The notes: generated from the letters alone by a model not told the origin. A stretch of DNA of 63,829 nucleotides, filler included, from Chiloscyllium plagiosum (GCF_004010195.1; 5 parts of one record of this genome joined end to end with filler, not necessarily neighbours in it); one strand, 5' to 3'; shown: positions 1 to 13,090, counted from the first letter of the whole stretch. A program made the numbers and translations.

Positions 1-150
1 AGCCCCACACCCCTCCCATTTATCTCTCCATCCAGGAGACTCCCTGCCTTCATTCCTGATGAAGGGCTTTTGCCTGAAACATCGATTTTGCTGCTCCTCG
101 GATGCTGCCTGACCTGCTGTGCTTTTCCAGCACCACTTTAATATTGGATT
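1..150 (+). mobile_element. PLE lineage A 3' pseudo-LTR fragment with a CpG-decayed HHR core at 56-83
   Basis: C-rich tract, then CTGATGA-AGGGC-TTTT-GCCT-GAAAC-ATC and the tail GATGCTGCCTGACCTGCTGTGCTTTTCCAGC. The same tail follows the GIY-YIG C-terminus at 35012-35556. Confidence 0.8.
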
Positions 151-914
151 TTGACTAACAACATTCCCATGAAGTTCTATGGGTCAGTCGATGCACGTGT
201 GGGATTTTGTTCAGTTAAATACATGGCTAAAAACCTGATTGCCCATAAGAGTTCATAAGATATAGGAGCAGAATGAAGCCATTCAGCCCATTGAGTCTAA
301 TCTGCCATTCGGTAAAGGCTGATATGCTCCTAACCCAATTTTCCAGCCTTCTCTCCATATCCCTTCAACCCATTACCAATTAAAAATCTGTCAAACTCCT
401 CCTCAAATTTATTCTTTGTCCCAGCATCTACCGCTCTTTTGTATAGCAAATTCCACAGATTCAAAACCCTTTGGGAAAATAGTTTCTCCTTTACTCTGTC
501 TTAAACTTTCCTACCCCTTATCCTATGACTATGGTCTCTCATCCTAGAATGCCCCACAAGGGGAAGCATTTGCTCCACATCTATTTTATCCAAACCTTTT
601 ACCACCTTGAAAACCTCAATTTGATTTCCTCTCATTCTTCTAAATTTCAGAGAGTACAGACCTAACGTGTTCAATCTCTCTTCTTACAACAAGCCCCTCA
701 TCTCTGGGAACAATCCAGTGAACCTCCTCTGAACTTCCTCCAATGCTCTACATCGTTCCTCAAATAAGGGGACCAAAACTGTGCACAATACTCCAGGTGC
801 AGACTTACCAATGCCTTGTATAGTTGCAACAATACTTCCTTATCTTTATATTCTATTCCTTTAGCTATAAAAGCCAACATTCCATTCACTTACTTTATAT
901 TCTGCTGTACCTGT

Positions 915-1022
915 GCCCGAAACATCGATTTTCCTGCTCCTTGGATGCTGCCTGATTGGCTGTGCTTTTCCAGCAACACTCTAATCTAGACTCTGATTTC
1001 CAGCATCTGCAGTCCTCATTTT
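915..1022 (+). mobile_element. 5'-truncated PLE-A pseudo-LTR inserted in the CR1
   Basis: Begins within HHR stem II (GCCCGAAAC) and ends CAGCATCTGCAGTCCTCATTTT. Confidence 0.8.
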
Positions 1023-2047
1023 TGTTCGTTTTCTGTGACTCATGAACGAGGACACCCAGATCCCTCTGCACTGGAGCACCCTGAAGTCTCTCCCTATTAA
1101 GATAATAGGTCACCTTCCCAATTTTTGGACCAAAATGCATGATCTCACACTTATCCACATTAAACTCCATCTGTTAAATTTTGGCCCACTCCCCTAACCT
1201 ATCTATATCCATTTATAAGATTCTGATTTCCTCATTGCAATTTACCGTCATACATGTTTTTGTGTAATCTTCAAATTTGGCTATAGAACCTTCTATTCCT
1301 GTATCCAAGTCATTAATGTAGATTGTAAATAGCTGAGGTATAAGGACCAAACCATGTGGCACCCCATGAGTTACATGTTGCCATCCATAAAAAAAAATTA
1401 TCCCAACTCTCTGTCCCCTGTCCATCAGCCAGTCATCTATCCAGGCTAATAAATTACTCCTAATCCCATAGAATGCAACTCGGTGAATTAACTTTTTTTG
1501 CAGCACCTTATCAAATGCCTTCTGGAAGTCCAGATATATTACATCTACAGCATCTATTTTGCTTGTTACATTTTCAATAAACTCTAACAAATTAGTCAAA
1601 CATGATTTTGCTCTTCACAAAACCATGCTGGCTCCGATGGGCATAATGTTTTGACTTTCCAAATGTCCTTTATTGCTTTCCCAATGACAAATGTTAAACT
1701 AAATTTCCCACATTTTGCATCACTCTCTTTTTGAATAGGGGTGTTACATCAGCATTTTTCCAATCCACTGGAATCCTTCCCATGCCCAGGGAATTTTGGA
1801 ATATTGTAATCAATGGATCTACCATCTCCGCCGCCACTTCCTTTTATATCCTCGAATGTAGGCCATCTGGCCCAGGGGCTTTTGCTGAGTATCTTTTCCT
1901 TATTGATGTTGATTGTTCTTAATTCTTCTCTTTCTAATGCCTCTGACTTGCCCATTTCAATAGGAATGGTATTATTGTCCTCCACCGTGAAAACTCAGGC
2001 AAAGTATTGTTTCAATATCTCTGCCATTGTAGTGTTCATCACTACGA

Positions 2048-2211
2048 CAAAGTGAGGACTGCAGATGCTGGAGATCGTGGTGCTAGAAAAGCACAGCAGG
2101 TCGGGCAGCATCTGAGGAGCAGGAGAATCAACGTTTCGGGCATAAGTTCAATTCTCCTGCTCCTCGGATGCTGCCTGACCTGCTGTGCTTTTCCAGCGCC
2201 ACACTCTCGAC
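2048..2211. mobile_element. Fold-back PLE-A mini-element inserted in the CR1
   Basis: Minus arm ~2050-2136 followed by plus arm ~2150-2211. Degenerate TSD tagtgttcatcacta / tagtgttccccatta. Confidence 0.8.
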
Positions 2212-4583
2212 TAGTGTTCCCCATTATTAACTCTCCAGTCCCATCTTTCAAGGGACCAACATTCACTTTAGTGGCTCTCTTCCCTTTTATTTACTTATAG
2301 AAGCTTTTTGCTATCCTTTTAGATATTTTGTGCTAGTTTTCTTTCCTAATTTACTTCACTCTTTTTATTAATATTTTGGTATCCCTTTTGTCATGTTTGG
2401 AAGTTTCCCAATTTTCCATATTGCCACTGGCCTTTGCAATACAATATGCCTTAGTTTTTGACTGTATATTGTCCTTGACCTCCTTATTTAGCCATGGATG
2501 TTTTTTTACTCCCCCTTATGATCTTTCTTCCACACTGGAATGTATTTTAGTTGTGAGGAAGTGAGTAGCTCCTTAAACATATGCCGTTGCTCATCCGTTG
2601 TCTTGCCAAATCTGTCCTCATGCCTATGTAATTTCCTTTGTTCAATTCTAGAACACTACTGTGGAACTCCACTTTCTCACCCCCCCCCCCCAACTGAATT
2701 TTGAATTCTATGGTCATTACTGTCTGGAGGATCCTTAATTATGATGTCATCAATTAATCTCTCCTCATTACACAAGACCAAATCCAGAATAGCCTGCTCC
2801 CTGGTTGGTTCAACAACATACTACTCCAAGAAACAATCTCGAATACATTTAATGAACTCCGCCTCCAGGCTATCCTTGCCAGTTTGATTCTTCCAATCTA
2901 AGTGCAAGCATCTAATATTTCTTGGTTTATACAGTGCCCCACTGTAGAACTACTGTTTTGGGACCTATAGATTAGTCATACCAAGTGCTTCTTTCCTTTG
3001 TTATTTCTTATTTCTACCCAGGCTGATTCCACATCTTGATCTCCTGTACTTATGTCATTGCTCATTACAACATTGATCCCTTCATTCACCAGCAAAGCTC
3101 CACCATCTCCTTTTCCTTTCAGTCTATCTTTCCGAAACGCTGAGTACCCTTGGATATTCAATTCCCAGACCTGGTCTCCTTGCATCCGTGGCTCAGGAAT
3201 CGCTGCCATATTGTACCCTTTTGTTTCTATTTGAGCCATTAACTCATTAATTTTGCTTCAAATGCTTTGTGCATCTTGATGTAGGAGGGAGAGCCATATG
3301 TGGATCAGTGGGGTGGCTTCTTGTTCAGTTGACACCTGTACAACAAGGATGTACCTCAAGTGGAGGGGCGCCCAGGGAAGTTGGCTAATGCCACATGGGA
3401 GAGTTCAAACTAGTGTGGCGAGCGGGCAGGAACCAGAATGGTAGGTCAGCAAGTAAAATGACTAAGGAGGAGCTATTATAGAGACTTGTTTAGAGAGAGA
3501 GAAGACTGGCAGCTTAGCATTCCGGGATTTAGATGTTTCAGCTGAGACAGAGTGCAATGTAAAAGAGACAAGGGAGTTGTATTTCTGATTAGGGAGAAGA
3601 GATCAGCTGTACTGAGGAATGACCCATTGGAGAGCTCATCCAGGGAGACCAGATGAGTAGAGCTCAGGAATACGAAGGGTGCAATTGCTTCGATGGGGTT
3701 GTACTACAGTCAACCCAATAGGGAGTAGGAGATGGAGGAACAGCTACATGGACAGACTATGGAAAAATGTAAAAACAACAGGTTTGTTGTGGTGGGTGAT
3801 TTTAATTTCTCCTATATTGACTGGGACTTTCTTAGCGCCAGAGGCTTGCATTGGGAGGGAATTTGTTAGGTCCGTGAAGGAGGGATTCTTGAAGCAATAT
3901 GTAAATTGTCCAACTATGGAAGAGACCATGCGAGAGCTGGAATTGGGGAATGAGCCCAGGCACACGTCTGAAGTTTCAGTGGGGGAACATTTCAGGAACA
4001 GGGACTACAATTCCGTAATGTTTAAGTTACTTAGGGATAAGGGTAAAAGTAGTCCTCAGGTGAAAAATGCTAAATTGGGGATAGGCTAACTATGTCAATG
4101 TTAGGTAGGGTCTGGGAAGTGTAAATCTGGGGAATTACAGGCATGTCAGTCTTATGTCAGTGGCAGGGAAATTATTGGAAAAGGTCCTTAGGGTCAGGAT
4201 TTACTCACATTTGTTAAAAAATATGGATCTATTAGTGATCGGCAGCAATAAGTGTGAGAAAGGTCTTGCCTCACAAACTTGATTGAGCTTTTAGAGGAAG
4301 TTGTTGTGGTTCTATTCGCCGAGCTGGAAGTTTTTGTTGCAAACATTTCGTCCCCTGGCTAGGCGACATCATCAGTGCTTGGGAGCCTCCTGCGAAGCGC
4401 TTCTTTGATGTTTCCTCTGGTGTTTATAGTGGTCTGTCCCTGCCGCTTCTGATTGTTAGTTTCAGCTGTCCGCTGTAGTGGTTGGTATATTGGGTCCAGG
4501 TCGATGTGTTTGTTGATGGAGTTTGTGGATGAATGCCATGACTCTAGGAGTTCCCTGGCTGTTCTCTGTCTGGCTTGACCTAT

Positions 4584-5066
4584 NNNNNNNNNNNNNNNNN
4601 NNNNNNNNNNNNNNNNNNNNNNNNNNNNNNNNNNNNNNNNNNNNNNNNNNNNNNNNNNNNNNNNNNNNNNNNNNNNNNNNNNNNNNNNNNNNNNNNNNNN
4701 NNNNNNNNNNNNNNNNNNNNNNNNNNNNNNNNNNNNNNNNNNNNNNNNNNNNNNNNNNNNNNNNNNNNNNNNNNNNNNNNNNNNNNNNNNNNNNNNNNNN
4801 NNNNNNNNNNNNNNNNNNNNNNNNNNNNNNNNNNNNNNNNNNNNNNNNNNNNNNNNNNNNNNNNNNNNNNNNNNNNNNNNNNNNNNNNNNNNNNNNNNNN
4901 NNNNNNNNNNNNNNNNNNNNNNNNNNNNNNNNNNNNNNNNNNNNNNNNNNNNNNNNNNNNNNNNNNNNNNNNNNNNNNNNNNNNNNNNNNNNNNNNNNNN
5001 NNNNNNNNNNNNNNNNNNNNNNNNNNNNNNNNNNNNNNNNNNNNNNNNNNNNNNNNNNNNNNNNNN
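4584..5066. other. Assembly gap (N run)
   Basis: Run of N. Confidence 1.
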
Positions 5067-5213
5067 GCCGAGCTGGAAGTTTTTGTTGGAAACGTTTCGT
5101 CCCCTGGCTAGGCGATATCATCAGTGCTTGGGAGCCTCCTGCGAAGCGGCAGGGACAGACCACTATAAACACCGGAGGAAACATCAAAGAAGCGCTTCGC
5201 AGGAGGCTCCCAA

Positions 5214-5253
5214 GCACTGATGATGTCGCCTAGCCAGGGGACGAAACGTTTGC
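5214..5253 (+). ncRNA. Minimal type I hammerhead ribozyme motif in a Poseidon-type pseudo-LTR; antisense copies at 4339-4378 and 5088-5127
   Basis: GCA-CTGATGA-T-GTCGCCT(AGCC)AGGGGAC-GAAAC-GTT-TGC: conserved core, stem II, palindromic stem III AAACGTTT, stem I GCA/TGC. Confidence 0.78.
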
Positions 5254-6070
5254 AACAAAAACTTCCAGCTCGGCGAACAGAACCACAACAACGAGCACCC
5301 GAGCTACAAATCTTCGCAAAAACTTTTAGAGGAAGTGACAATGATAATTGATAAGAATGGGGCAGTGGATGTTGTTTACATGGACTTCAGCAAAGTCTTT
5401 GACAAGGTCACTCATAGCAGGCTGATATGAAAGGTAAAATCACATGGGATCGACAGTGAGCTGTTAAGATGGATACTGAATCAGTTTGGTCATAGAATAG
5501 AGAGAGAGTAGCGGTGGAAGAGTGTTTTTCTAACTGGAGATCTGTAACCTCTGGTTTTCAACGGGGTCAGTGCTGGGCTCCCTATTGTTTGTAATATATT
5601 TAAATGATTCAGAGGAGAATGTAAATAGACTGACTCTGTGAATGACACAAAGATATGGGAAACTGCAAAGGGTGAGGAGGGTTGCCAGAGGATACTGCAG
5701 GATGTGGATAGGCTGGAGACTTAGGCAGAGAAATGGCAGATGGAGTTTAATCTGGACAAATGCAAGTTGATGCATTTTGGAAGTTCGAATGCAGGAGGGA
5801 AGTATACAGTAAATGGCAGAATCTTGAGAAGCATTAACATAGAGAGGGATCCAGGCATACAGGTCCACAGTTCCCTGAAAGTGGCAATACAAATGGATAA
5901 GATGGTCAAGAAGGCATGCGGCATGCTCGCCTTTATTAGTCAGGACACAGAATATAAAAAAATGGCAAGTCATGTTGCAGCTGTATAGTATAATAGCTCG
6001 GCCACATTTGGAATATTGCATGCAGTTCTGGTCACCACACTATCAGGAGGATGGAGATGCTTTGGAGAAG

Positions 6071-6255
6071 AGAGTGGTGCTAGAAAAGCACAGCAGGTCA
6101 GGCAGTATCCGAGGACCAGGAAATCGATGTTTCGGGCCTTTGCCTGAAATGTCAATTTTTCCTGCTCCTCAGATGCTGCCTGACCTGTTGTGCTTTTCCA
6201 GCACCACTCTAATCTTGACTCTAATCTCCAGCATCTGGAGTACCCACTTTTGCCT
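6071..6255. mobile_element. Fold-back PLE-A mini-element in the CR1
   Basis: Inverted arms meet at HHR stem II (TTTCGGGC-CTTTGCCTGAAA). TSD ATGCTTTGGAGAAG / ATGCTTTGTAGAGG. Confidence 0.85.
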
Positions 6256-8141
6256 ATGCTTTGTAGAGGGTACTGTAAACGTTTATCAGGATGTTGCCTG
6301 GTTTGGAGGGTATTAGCTGGGAGGAGAGATTAGAAAAACTTGATTTGTTTTCATCTGAACGTCGAAGAATGAGAGGTGCTCTGACAAAATTACAAGTGGT
6401 GTGGATCGTCATAGAAATGTCAATTCCTTGGGGTCATAGGTAAAAGGCAAAAGAGGGAAGGTTTTAAAGGAGATGTGAGAGGCAATAGGCAATAGATGGC
6501 CAGAATGCACTGCCAGAGGAGGTAGTAGAAGCAGATGCAATAACTTTAAAGAGATGCCTTAACATCTACATGAATAAGCAGGGAATAGAGGGATACAAAG
6601 TGCAGAGGCAAAAGGATTTTAGTTTAGAAAGATGTCATGTGTAGGCACAGGTTTGGTGGGCCGAAGGGCCTGTTGCTGAGCTGTACTATTTCTCGTTCTT
6701 TATTTAACTTGGGCTTTGATAGTTTGTGGTTGCCAGCTTTCTTTCAGATTACGCACAGACATATGAGAGATGTGTCGGGACTGATTTTCCCAGATCAGCT
6801 CAACAGATCTCCACTGTGCCTCTTCCACTTCTCACCTTGAGGTATCTTAAGCTGCATCTGATGGAGAATGTCAAGGCTGAACAACAAGTCCAACTTCCTG
6901 ATGTCAATGAGCAAACATTTTGTAATACGACACCTTTCCTCTTCAATGATGATTCAATGCCTCATGACCAACAATTCTGCACTCTGCCAGTGGGCACAGT
7001 TAGTGGTCTAGCTGTTCAAGTGGTGTGTGTTTCACCTAGCTGCTTGTGCAAGAAAAGGCTGGCATCCATGCCATGCTGGAGACCGCTACTCCTGGTTGGC
7101 ATAGGTCCAATGCCATTTCCTGCTTTGTGGATCACCAGAAGACCGATTTCAGCTGTCAGAACCTAATTCTTACCCACTTTACCCTCTTGTGGCCACAATT
7201 GCTAAAGGGATTGCACCGATGTGTCTACTTTTGCCATGCCACAGCTTGTGAAATTGAAACAGGTTTCTCCGGTAGTAGCAGCCATAGTCAGAAAGAGGGT
7301 TTAATCTGATGCATTTTCCCTGGATGAGAAATGACAGGACAGGTGCATTAAGATGCTGCTTCATGAGACGATTTAAACCTGTGATTATAGCTGTGTGAAA
7401 GCAATTTTAAACACCCTCCCACAGTGAACCTCTTGAAGCCCAAAACTTCACAATTTACAATTACTTTTCCCCAAATACAAAGTGCTGCTGGTTCAGATTC
7501 AGAAATCTTGTCATCAATAATGATTTCCTCTTGTTCGTCATGAAGAGGCTTATCACTAGAAGAGAAACAAGCAAAATGGTGATTTTATTTTAATGTCTCA
7601 ATCCTTTCAAATTGCATTTTGTTTAACCTTGTCAACATATGAAGCTTGAAATTGATGCAAATGAATCCTTTTGATCAAAGTCTTATGAAGAAAACTAATG
7701 GAATGAATAGTGTTTGGAGGCTTCCCTTATCAGTCAGAAATAAAAACCACCAGGAGTTAGCTGTGAATTAAATAGTTGTTTCCTTTTTTTCTGTTAAAGA
7801 TGTCAAGTGAAGAACAAATACCAGTTTCCCTGCTGTGTCCACCAGGACTGGTCAAGTCAAATTACTGAGGGAGCTACAGATAAAAATCTTTTGTTTGCCT
7901 TTCATGTTCTACACAGTCCCTCTCCACAGAGGGGACATACATCACTTAAATGAGTATAGAATGCTCAAGAGTCAATTGGCATAGTCAATAGATCCAAAAG
8001 CAAGTGTGGAGCTGAGCTCATAAAAATGGTACTGATTAGTGAGCTTTCAGTCACTTACTTAGTTTGAGGACCACCTATAATAATTAAGCTATTGGCTTAT
8101 GGGTTTATCTGAGTTAAAATTGGAAGAATATGAGCCCTCAG

Positions 8142-8373
8142 TGAAATAATTCCACAGAGATTGGTATCCCATCATCAAGTCACCCTTTACTTACACATGC
8201 ACGGTACATGGACATGAACTAGCTAGCTCAGAGCCAATCCCTGGCATTTGAGAATCTCTGAGACTCCTGTTTCTATCTGTCAGCCAGGGCTTCCTGATCA
8301 TCCCAGGTTAACAGTTCCAATCAGGGATCTCATGCTTAATAAGATCAACCTGGCCCTTATTCCAATCACTACA
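8142..8373 (-). mobile_element. Probable short solo LTR
   Basis: Reverse strand reads TGTAGTGATT...AATTATTTCA (TG...CA termini). No convincing TSD. Confidence 0.45.
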
Positions 8374-8598
8374 TTGGGTTTCTGACTGAGTCCTCAACAC
8401 AATTGTACCTGTGTCATCTTGTAGCACATTGATGTTTTAGCTGGATCCTAAAAGCTCCCAATGTTGTCTTACGTTGGTGCGTCCCATGGAACCAGTATTG
8501 GATACTGATGAGAATAAGAGCAGCTTTTTTCTAGGAGGATGAGGTTTTGGAGGAGGAGGAATTCTCCTTGTGCAGGACGGAATCAGCTGACTTTGGTG

Positions 8599-9130
8599 TG
8601 TGACAATGCTACTCCTCTAACATGGTTATGTTGTCCTTGGTTCTTTTTAAAGAGGGGTCATAAAGGCAGAGGTGCTGATTTGTCTGGGAATGATTACTTT
8701 GAACAGTGGCAGGGGAGTGGCCAGTTCTCCCAGTTCAGGTTTTTTTTCCTAGTTTTTTTTTTTTTTGCAAGCTGTCAAATATTGCTGGGAACCGAGGGAA
8801 ATAGCTCCAGCGAAAAGAGGTTCCATACTTCCACCTTCTCTCTGTAATCTCTCCTGCCTGTAAGAACCTGTGTTTGAATGTACCTTTTTGTCAAGGGTTG
8901 TGTTTAATGGGGTGTTGCAGGGATTGAAACAGCTTCGTTAAGTTGTGATAGAGTCAGTTGGGTTATCAAATAAGTTGCTATTCTAAGTTCTGTTCTACTT
9001 GAAGCCAAGTAATTTGACCAGCTGCATCACTCCTGGAATATCCACCTTACACCTGTCTTTAAAAAATAAAAGTTTGGGTCTGGGATAACTTCTTAAAATA
9101 TTTTGAGGGCGTCTGGTCTGGTCCATAGCA
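8599..9130 (+). mobile_element. Probable solo LTR
   Basis: TGTGACAA...CCATAGCA termini, AATAAA about 60 bp before the end, near-TSD GGTG/TGTG. A related 3' end (GGTCGGGTCCACAACA) lies at ~9880-9896. Confidence 0.55.
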
Positions 9131-9369
9131 TGTGATACAGTACAGATAGGATCTGATTGATTCCTGGTTCCTGTAGATGAGAGCTGGGGACATTGTAGAC
9201 AGTAAAATGCTTGTTGTTCATCACACCAGCATTTTGTTTGCGTTGTGAGGGCATATTACAGTTTCTATTAGGTTTGTTTGCATTTGCTATTGATGAATGT
9301 AAAGGAAATCCCATCTCTGGAATTGTCTGAATGCTTGATCTGTCTGTGTATCTTTATAACATCTATATT

Positions 9370-9861
9370 ACCTTACTGGAATCAATTTATGTAAAGGGGC
9401 AGTACAGAGAGTTCTTGTACACCAGTCAATGAAGGCAAGCATGCAGGTACAGCAGGTAGTGAAGAAGGCTAATAGCATGCTGGCCTTCATAACAAGAGGA
9501 ATTGAGTATAGAAGCAAAGAGGTGCTTCTGCACCTGTACAGGGCCCTGGTGAGACCACACCTGGAGTACTGTGTGCAGTTCTGAATACGGTGTAGACCAT
9601 TTAGGACAGAGCTCAGGAGGAACTTCTTCACCCAGAGAGTGGTGGCTGTGTGGAATGCTCTGCCACAGGGGGCAGTGGAGGCCCACTCTCTGGATTAATT
9701 TAAGAAGGAGTTGGATGGAGCTCTCAAAGATAGTAGAATCAAGGGTTATGGAGATAAGGCAGGAAGAGGATACTGATTAGGAATGATCAGCCATGATTAT
9801 ATTGAATGGCGGTGCAGGCTCGAAGGGCTGAATGGCCTACTCTTGCACCTATTGTCTATTG
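9370..9861 (+). mobile_element. 5'-truncated, internally deleted CR1 with a (TATTGTC)n tail
   Basis: Encodes [51 protein letters not shown] at 9362-9369 and 9862-9869. Same subfamily as 25696-26666. Confidence 0.9.
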
Positions 9862-10439
9862 TCTATATTGAGGAGGGTTTGGTCGGGTCCACAACACAAG
9901 ACAGTGGAATGGTATGTGTGAGGTAGTGACAGCTGTGTGTTGTGAGAGGCAAGGTTATGGGGCTACATTATAGGTGAAGGGCAACATTTTAGGTGAAGAG
10001 CAATTCCAGAATGCCGATGCCTGGCTGAATATTTGGCCTGGCTTTAAAGACAACGTGGTTGCCCGAGGTGCCTAGTCTGTTTCAGTTTATCTGGTGAATG
10101 GCATTTTCATCCGGCTACAGAAGAATGAGAGAATCCAGCTCGCATCGGCCAAGAGGTCAAGACTAGGTCATTAACATGGCAGGTTTAGAGCGATAGAAAG
10201 AGAAATCAAACTGGGCCTCACAAAGAGAAATCCTCTGTGAAACCCAACAGACTTGAGACTAAGATAAAATACCGTATCATCCAGCTCTTGGTACTAGATC
10301 AGCGAACATTGCCCAAGGTCAAAATTGATCCTTTGGCAATTTCTCCTTTGGAAGGAGGCAAAGAAGCAATCTTCTCATGATAAGATGCAAGAGGCAACTC
10401 AGAATAAATTAAAAACCATAAATGTACATTTTCGACTGA

Positions 10440-10860
10440 TTTGGGCCTCTGTGAGATCAGTACATATCATTCCGAGAACCATACTTCAGGAATGTTGCTA
10501 AAACATTGGAGAAGGTGCAGAAAAAGATGACAAAAATAGCACCAGGTTTAGGTCACGTTGAGAGACCAGTGAGACTGGGGTCTTTCTTCCTAGAACAGGG
10601 AAGGCTGAGGGGAGATTTAATGATCAAAATTTCTAAAGGTGAGAAAGATTAAATGAGGAATAACTGTTTTCAGTCAGGCAGGAAGGTCAGAGGCAAAGGT
10701 CACTGATTTCAGGTAATTGGCAAAGAAACTACTGGTGGGATGACAATATATTTGTCTCCAGCTGCCATCTGGGCTGCACTGCCTGAAAAAGCAGTGGATG
10801 CAGGTTCGATAACAGCAGTCAAAAGTGTATATGATAAATTGTTGAAGACAAGAAATTGCA
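10440..10860 (+). mobile_element. Old CR1 3' remnant
   Basis: TTGGAGAAGGTGCAG...GGAAGGCTGAGGGGAGATTTAAT (LEKVQ...RLRGDL motifs). Confidence 0.6.
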
Positions 10861-10974
10861 TATTCCTATCATGGTGCCAAAGCTTTCCATCAGGACACAT
10901 ACAAGAATAAAAAATTTCAAGCAATCACAACAAATTGTAGGGTTAGGGAGAAAAAGTAGGGGAGAATGAAGCTA

Positions 10975-11215
10975 ATTAGAATATAGAACAATACAGCACA
11001 GATAAAGGCCCTGGAGCCCATCAAGCCCCTGCCGACCATTATGCGATGCTAATCTCATCTGTCTCTACATGGTCCATATCCCATTATTCCCTGCCTGTTT
11101 ATGTGTCTGTCTAAACGCATTTTCAAAGTTGTCATTTCTGCTTCTACCACATCCCCTAGCAGAGCCTTCCAGACACCTACCACTCTCTGCCTCACATGTC
11201 TCCTTTAAACTTTAA
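10975..11215 (-). mobile_element. CR1 3' tail fragment
   Basis: ATAGAACAATACAGCACAG...GGCCC tail and CTGTTTATGTGTCTGTCTAAAC. Confidence 0.65.
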
Positions 11216-11480
11216 ATTCCCCTGGAGAACTCTATCGCAGAGTCAGTTCCGGCCGAATGAGTTTAGTTGCCTCCTTCAGTCACCAATCATCGGAGGATAG
11301 ACTATGATCCAACACTGACTTCATGACAAAGTATGCAGCTGGTAGACATCTGAGTAGTATTGAAGTGACATTGCAATCCTTTAATAAACTATTGGATGCA
11401 TCATTCTGAGAAATGTTTACTCTCTGGCTTGATGAAGTAATCTGAGCAAATAGACTTTCTCACCTGTGTCTTATGATCTA

Positions 11481-11660
11481 ATTTAGATTAGATTAGATTA
11501 CTTACAGTGTGGAAACAGGCCCTTCGGCCCATCAAGTCCACACCGACCCGCCGAAACGCACCCACCCAGATCCATTACCCTGCACCTAACACTACGGCCA
11601 ATTCACCTGACCTGCACATTTTTGGACTGTGGGAGGAAACCGGAGCACCCAGAGGAAATC
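11481..11660 (-). mobile_element. HE1/V-SINE-type SINE, 3' half
   Basis: (TTAGA)n tail, GTGTGGAAACAGGCCCTTCGGCCC and V-domain TGTGGGAGGAAACCGGAGCACCC. Confidence 0.85.
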
Positions 11661-12715
11661 CATTTATTCTTGTTTCCCATTCAGGCAGGTATCCACTGAA
11701 CTACTTCAAGTGTGGTGTCACCAACGTTCTGTACAACTGCAACTAACTTCCCACCTTTTATACTCAGTGCCCTGACTGATAAAGGCCAGTGTGCCAAAAG
11801 CCTTCTTCACTGCCTTGATGCCTGCGATTCCACTTTCAGAAAACTGTGCACCTGAACTCCAAGGTCCCCCTATTCTACTACACTTCTTAATGCCTTACCA
11901 TTCACCATGAAACTCTTACCTTGATTTGACCTTCCAAAATGCAAGACCTCATACTTGTCTGTATTAAACTCAATTTGCCATTTCTTGGCCCACATCCCCA
12001 GCTCGTCAAGATCCTGCTGCATTTTCTGATAACCTTCCTCACTGTCCACAATATCTCCTATTTTAGTGCTATCTGTAAACGTAATAAGCATGCCTTGTAC
12101 AATCCCATACAAATTATTGATAGAGATAACAAACAGTAATGGGCACAGCACTGACCCATGATACACTCTACTAGTCACAAGCTTCCAGCCTGACAAATAT
12201 CCTTCCACTATTACCCTCTGCTTTCGACCACCAAGCCAATTGTGTATCCAATTTGCTAGTTCCCCCTGGATTCCATGCAAAGCAGCCCACCATCTGGAAC
12301 CTTATCAAAGGCCTTTCTGAAATCCATATAGACTACACCTAATGTCCTGCCCTCATCAACCTTCCTGGTCACTTCATCAAAGAACTCTATCAAATTTGTG
12401 AGGCATGAGCTTCCATGCACATAGCCATGCTGACTATTCCTAATCGAACCCTGTCTTTCCAAATGAATGCATCTCTCAGAATCTTCTCAAGCAACATACC
12501 CACCACAGATGTTAATCTTCCTGGTCTATAGTTTGCAGGCTTTTCTTTGCAGCCCTTCTTGAATAAGGGAACAACATTCACTATCCTCCAGTCTTCTGGG
12601 ATCTCATCTGTGGCTGATAATGAAAAATATCAGTCAGGGCCCCCGCCTCTCTTCTCTAACCTCTTGCAGTGTTCTTGGATATATCTGGTCAGGATCTGCA
12701 GCTTTATCTACCTTC
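11661..12715 (-). mobile_element. CR1 ORF2 RT fragment
   Basis: ORFs 12390-12581 (NVVPLFKKG), 12256-12462 (YMDFRKAFDKV) and 11870-12280. Confidence 0.9.
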
Positions 12716-12754
12716 CCCCCTACATTCCTGATGAAGGGCATAGGCCCAAAATCA

Positions 12755-12905
12755 TTTCAGTTGCATGACACTGTAATCTTTTGCGATAAATTCTGTGTCT
12801 TATGGTCATGCTCCATAGCTACCTGATGAAGGAGCAGTGCTCCAAAAGCTAGTGCTTCCAAATAAACCTTTTGAACGAGAACCTGGTGTTGTGTGATTTT
12901 TAACA
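12755..12905 (+). mobile_element. PLE lineage B pseudo-LTR with a mutated HHR at 12823-12851
   Basis: CTGATGA-A-GGAGC(AGT)GCTCC-AAAAGCTA, then CCTGGTGTTGTGTGATTTTTAAC. A short lineage-A HHR remnant lies just upstream at 12728-12753. Confidence 0.7.
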
Positions 12906-12914
12906 ATGTGTAGT

Positions 12915-13009
12915 AAGTCGGTGTGTGCGATCTACAAGTGGATTCTGCAAATACTTTCTCAATCTCTCTCCTTGCCTGAGGCACGGTGACCCTTAAGTTA
13001 AACCACCAC

Positions 13010-13045
<36 letters not shown>

Positions 13046-13090
13046 ATGGAAGAGCAGTCATTTGGTCTGGTAAGACATGGCAACTGTAGT
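12915..13090 (+). mobile_element. tRNA-headed SINE family 2 (GCCTGAGG..GTGACCCT..GTTAAACCACCACCAGTC core) with internal (CT)n
   Basis: The same core occurs on the minus strand at 16322-16525 and 49918-50115. Confidence 0.6.

Larger units (their letters stand above)
245..3270 (-). mobile_element. Degenerate CR1-clade LINE with disrupted ORF2 (APE endonuclease to RT to 3' tail)
   Basis: ORF pieces 2976-3239 (QGYSAFRKDR...ESAWVEIRNNKGK), 1213-1599 (IYLDFQKAFDKV...HGVPHG...FTIYINDLD), 895-1170 (MEFNVDKCEIMHFG) and 698-889 (LEYCAQFWSPY). Interrupted by two PLE inserts. Confidence 0.9.
4302..5322. mobile_element. Penelope/Poseidon-type PLE insertion with inverted pseudo-LTRs, spanning a gap
   Basis: 4302-4583 matches the 3' end of the GIY-YIG element at 63245-63540. 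5067-5148 is inverted against ~5190-5275. 14-bp TSD CTTTTAGAGGAAGT at 4288-4301 and 5323-5336. Confidence 0.9.
3330..6705 (+). mobile_element. Degenerate CR1-clade LINE (ORF2 endonuclease through 3' tail), interrupted by PLE inserts
   Basis: ORF pieces 3679-4089 (endonuclease C-terminal part), YMDFSKVFDKV near 5375-5410, 5740-5988 (MEFNLDKCKLMHFG) and 5972+ ([13 protein letters not shown]). Tail GGGCCGAAGGGCCTGTTGCTGAGCTGTA. Confidence 0.88.

Noticed and set aside
2976..4089. Head-to-head CR1s as a single twin-primed inversion
   Set aside because: Both sides include endonuclease-region sequence and each has its own different 3' tail, so they are two independent insertions.
4462..5233. Long ORFs spanning N runs (also 26077-26538 and 27296-27917)
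   Set aside because: Artefacts of translating gaps.
6726..7166. 146-aa plus-strand ORF, and a minus-strand mini-exon at 6836-6897 with donor AAG|GTGAGA
   Set aside because: No recognisable domain, a non-ATG start and a mediocre acceptor. Not supportable without RNA data.
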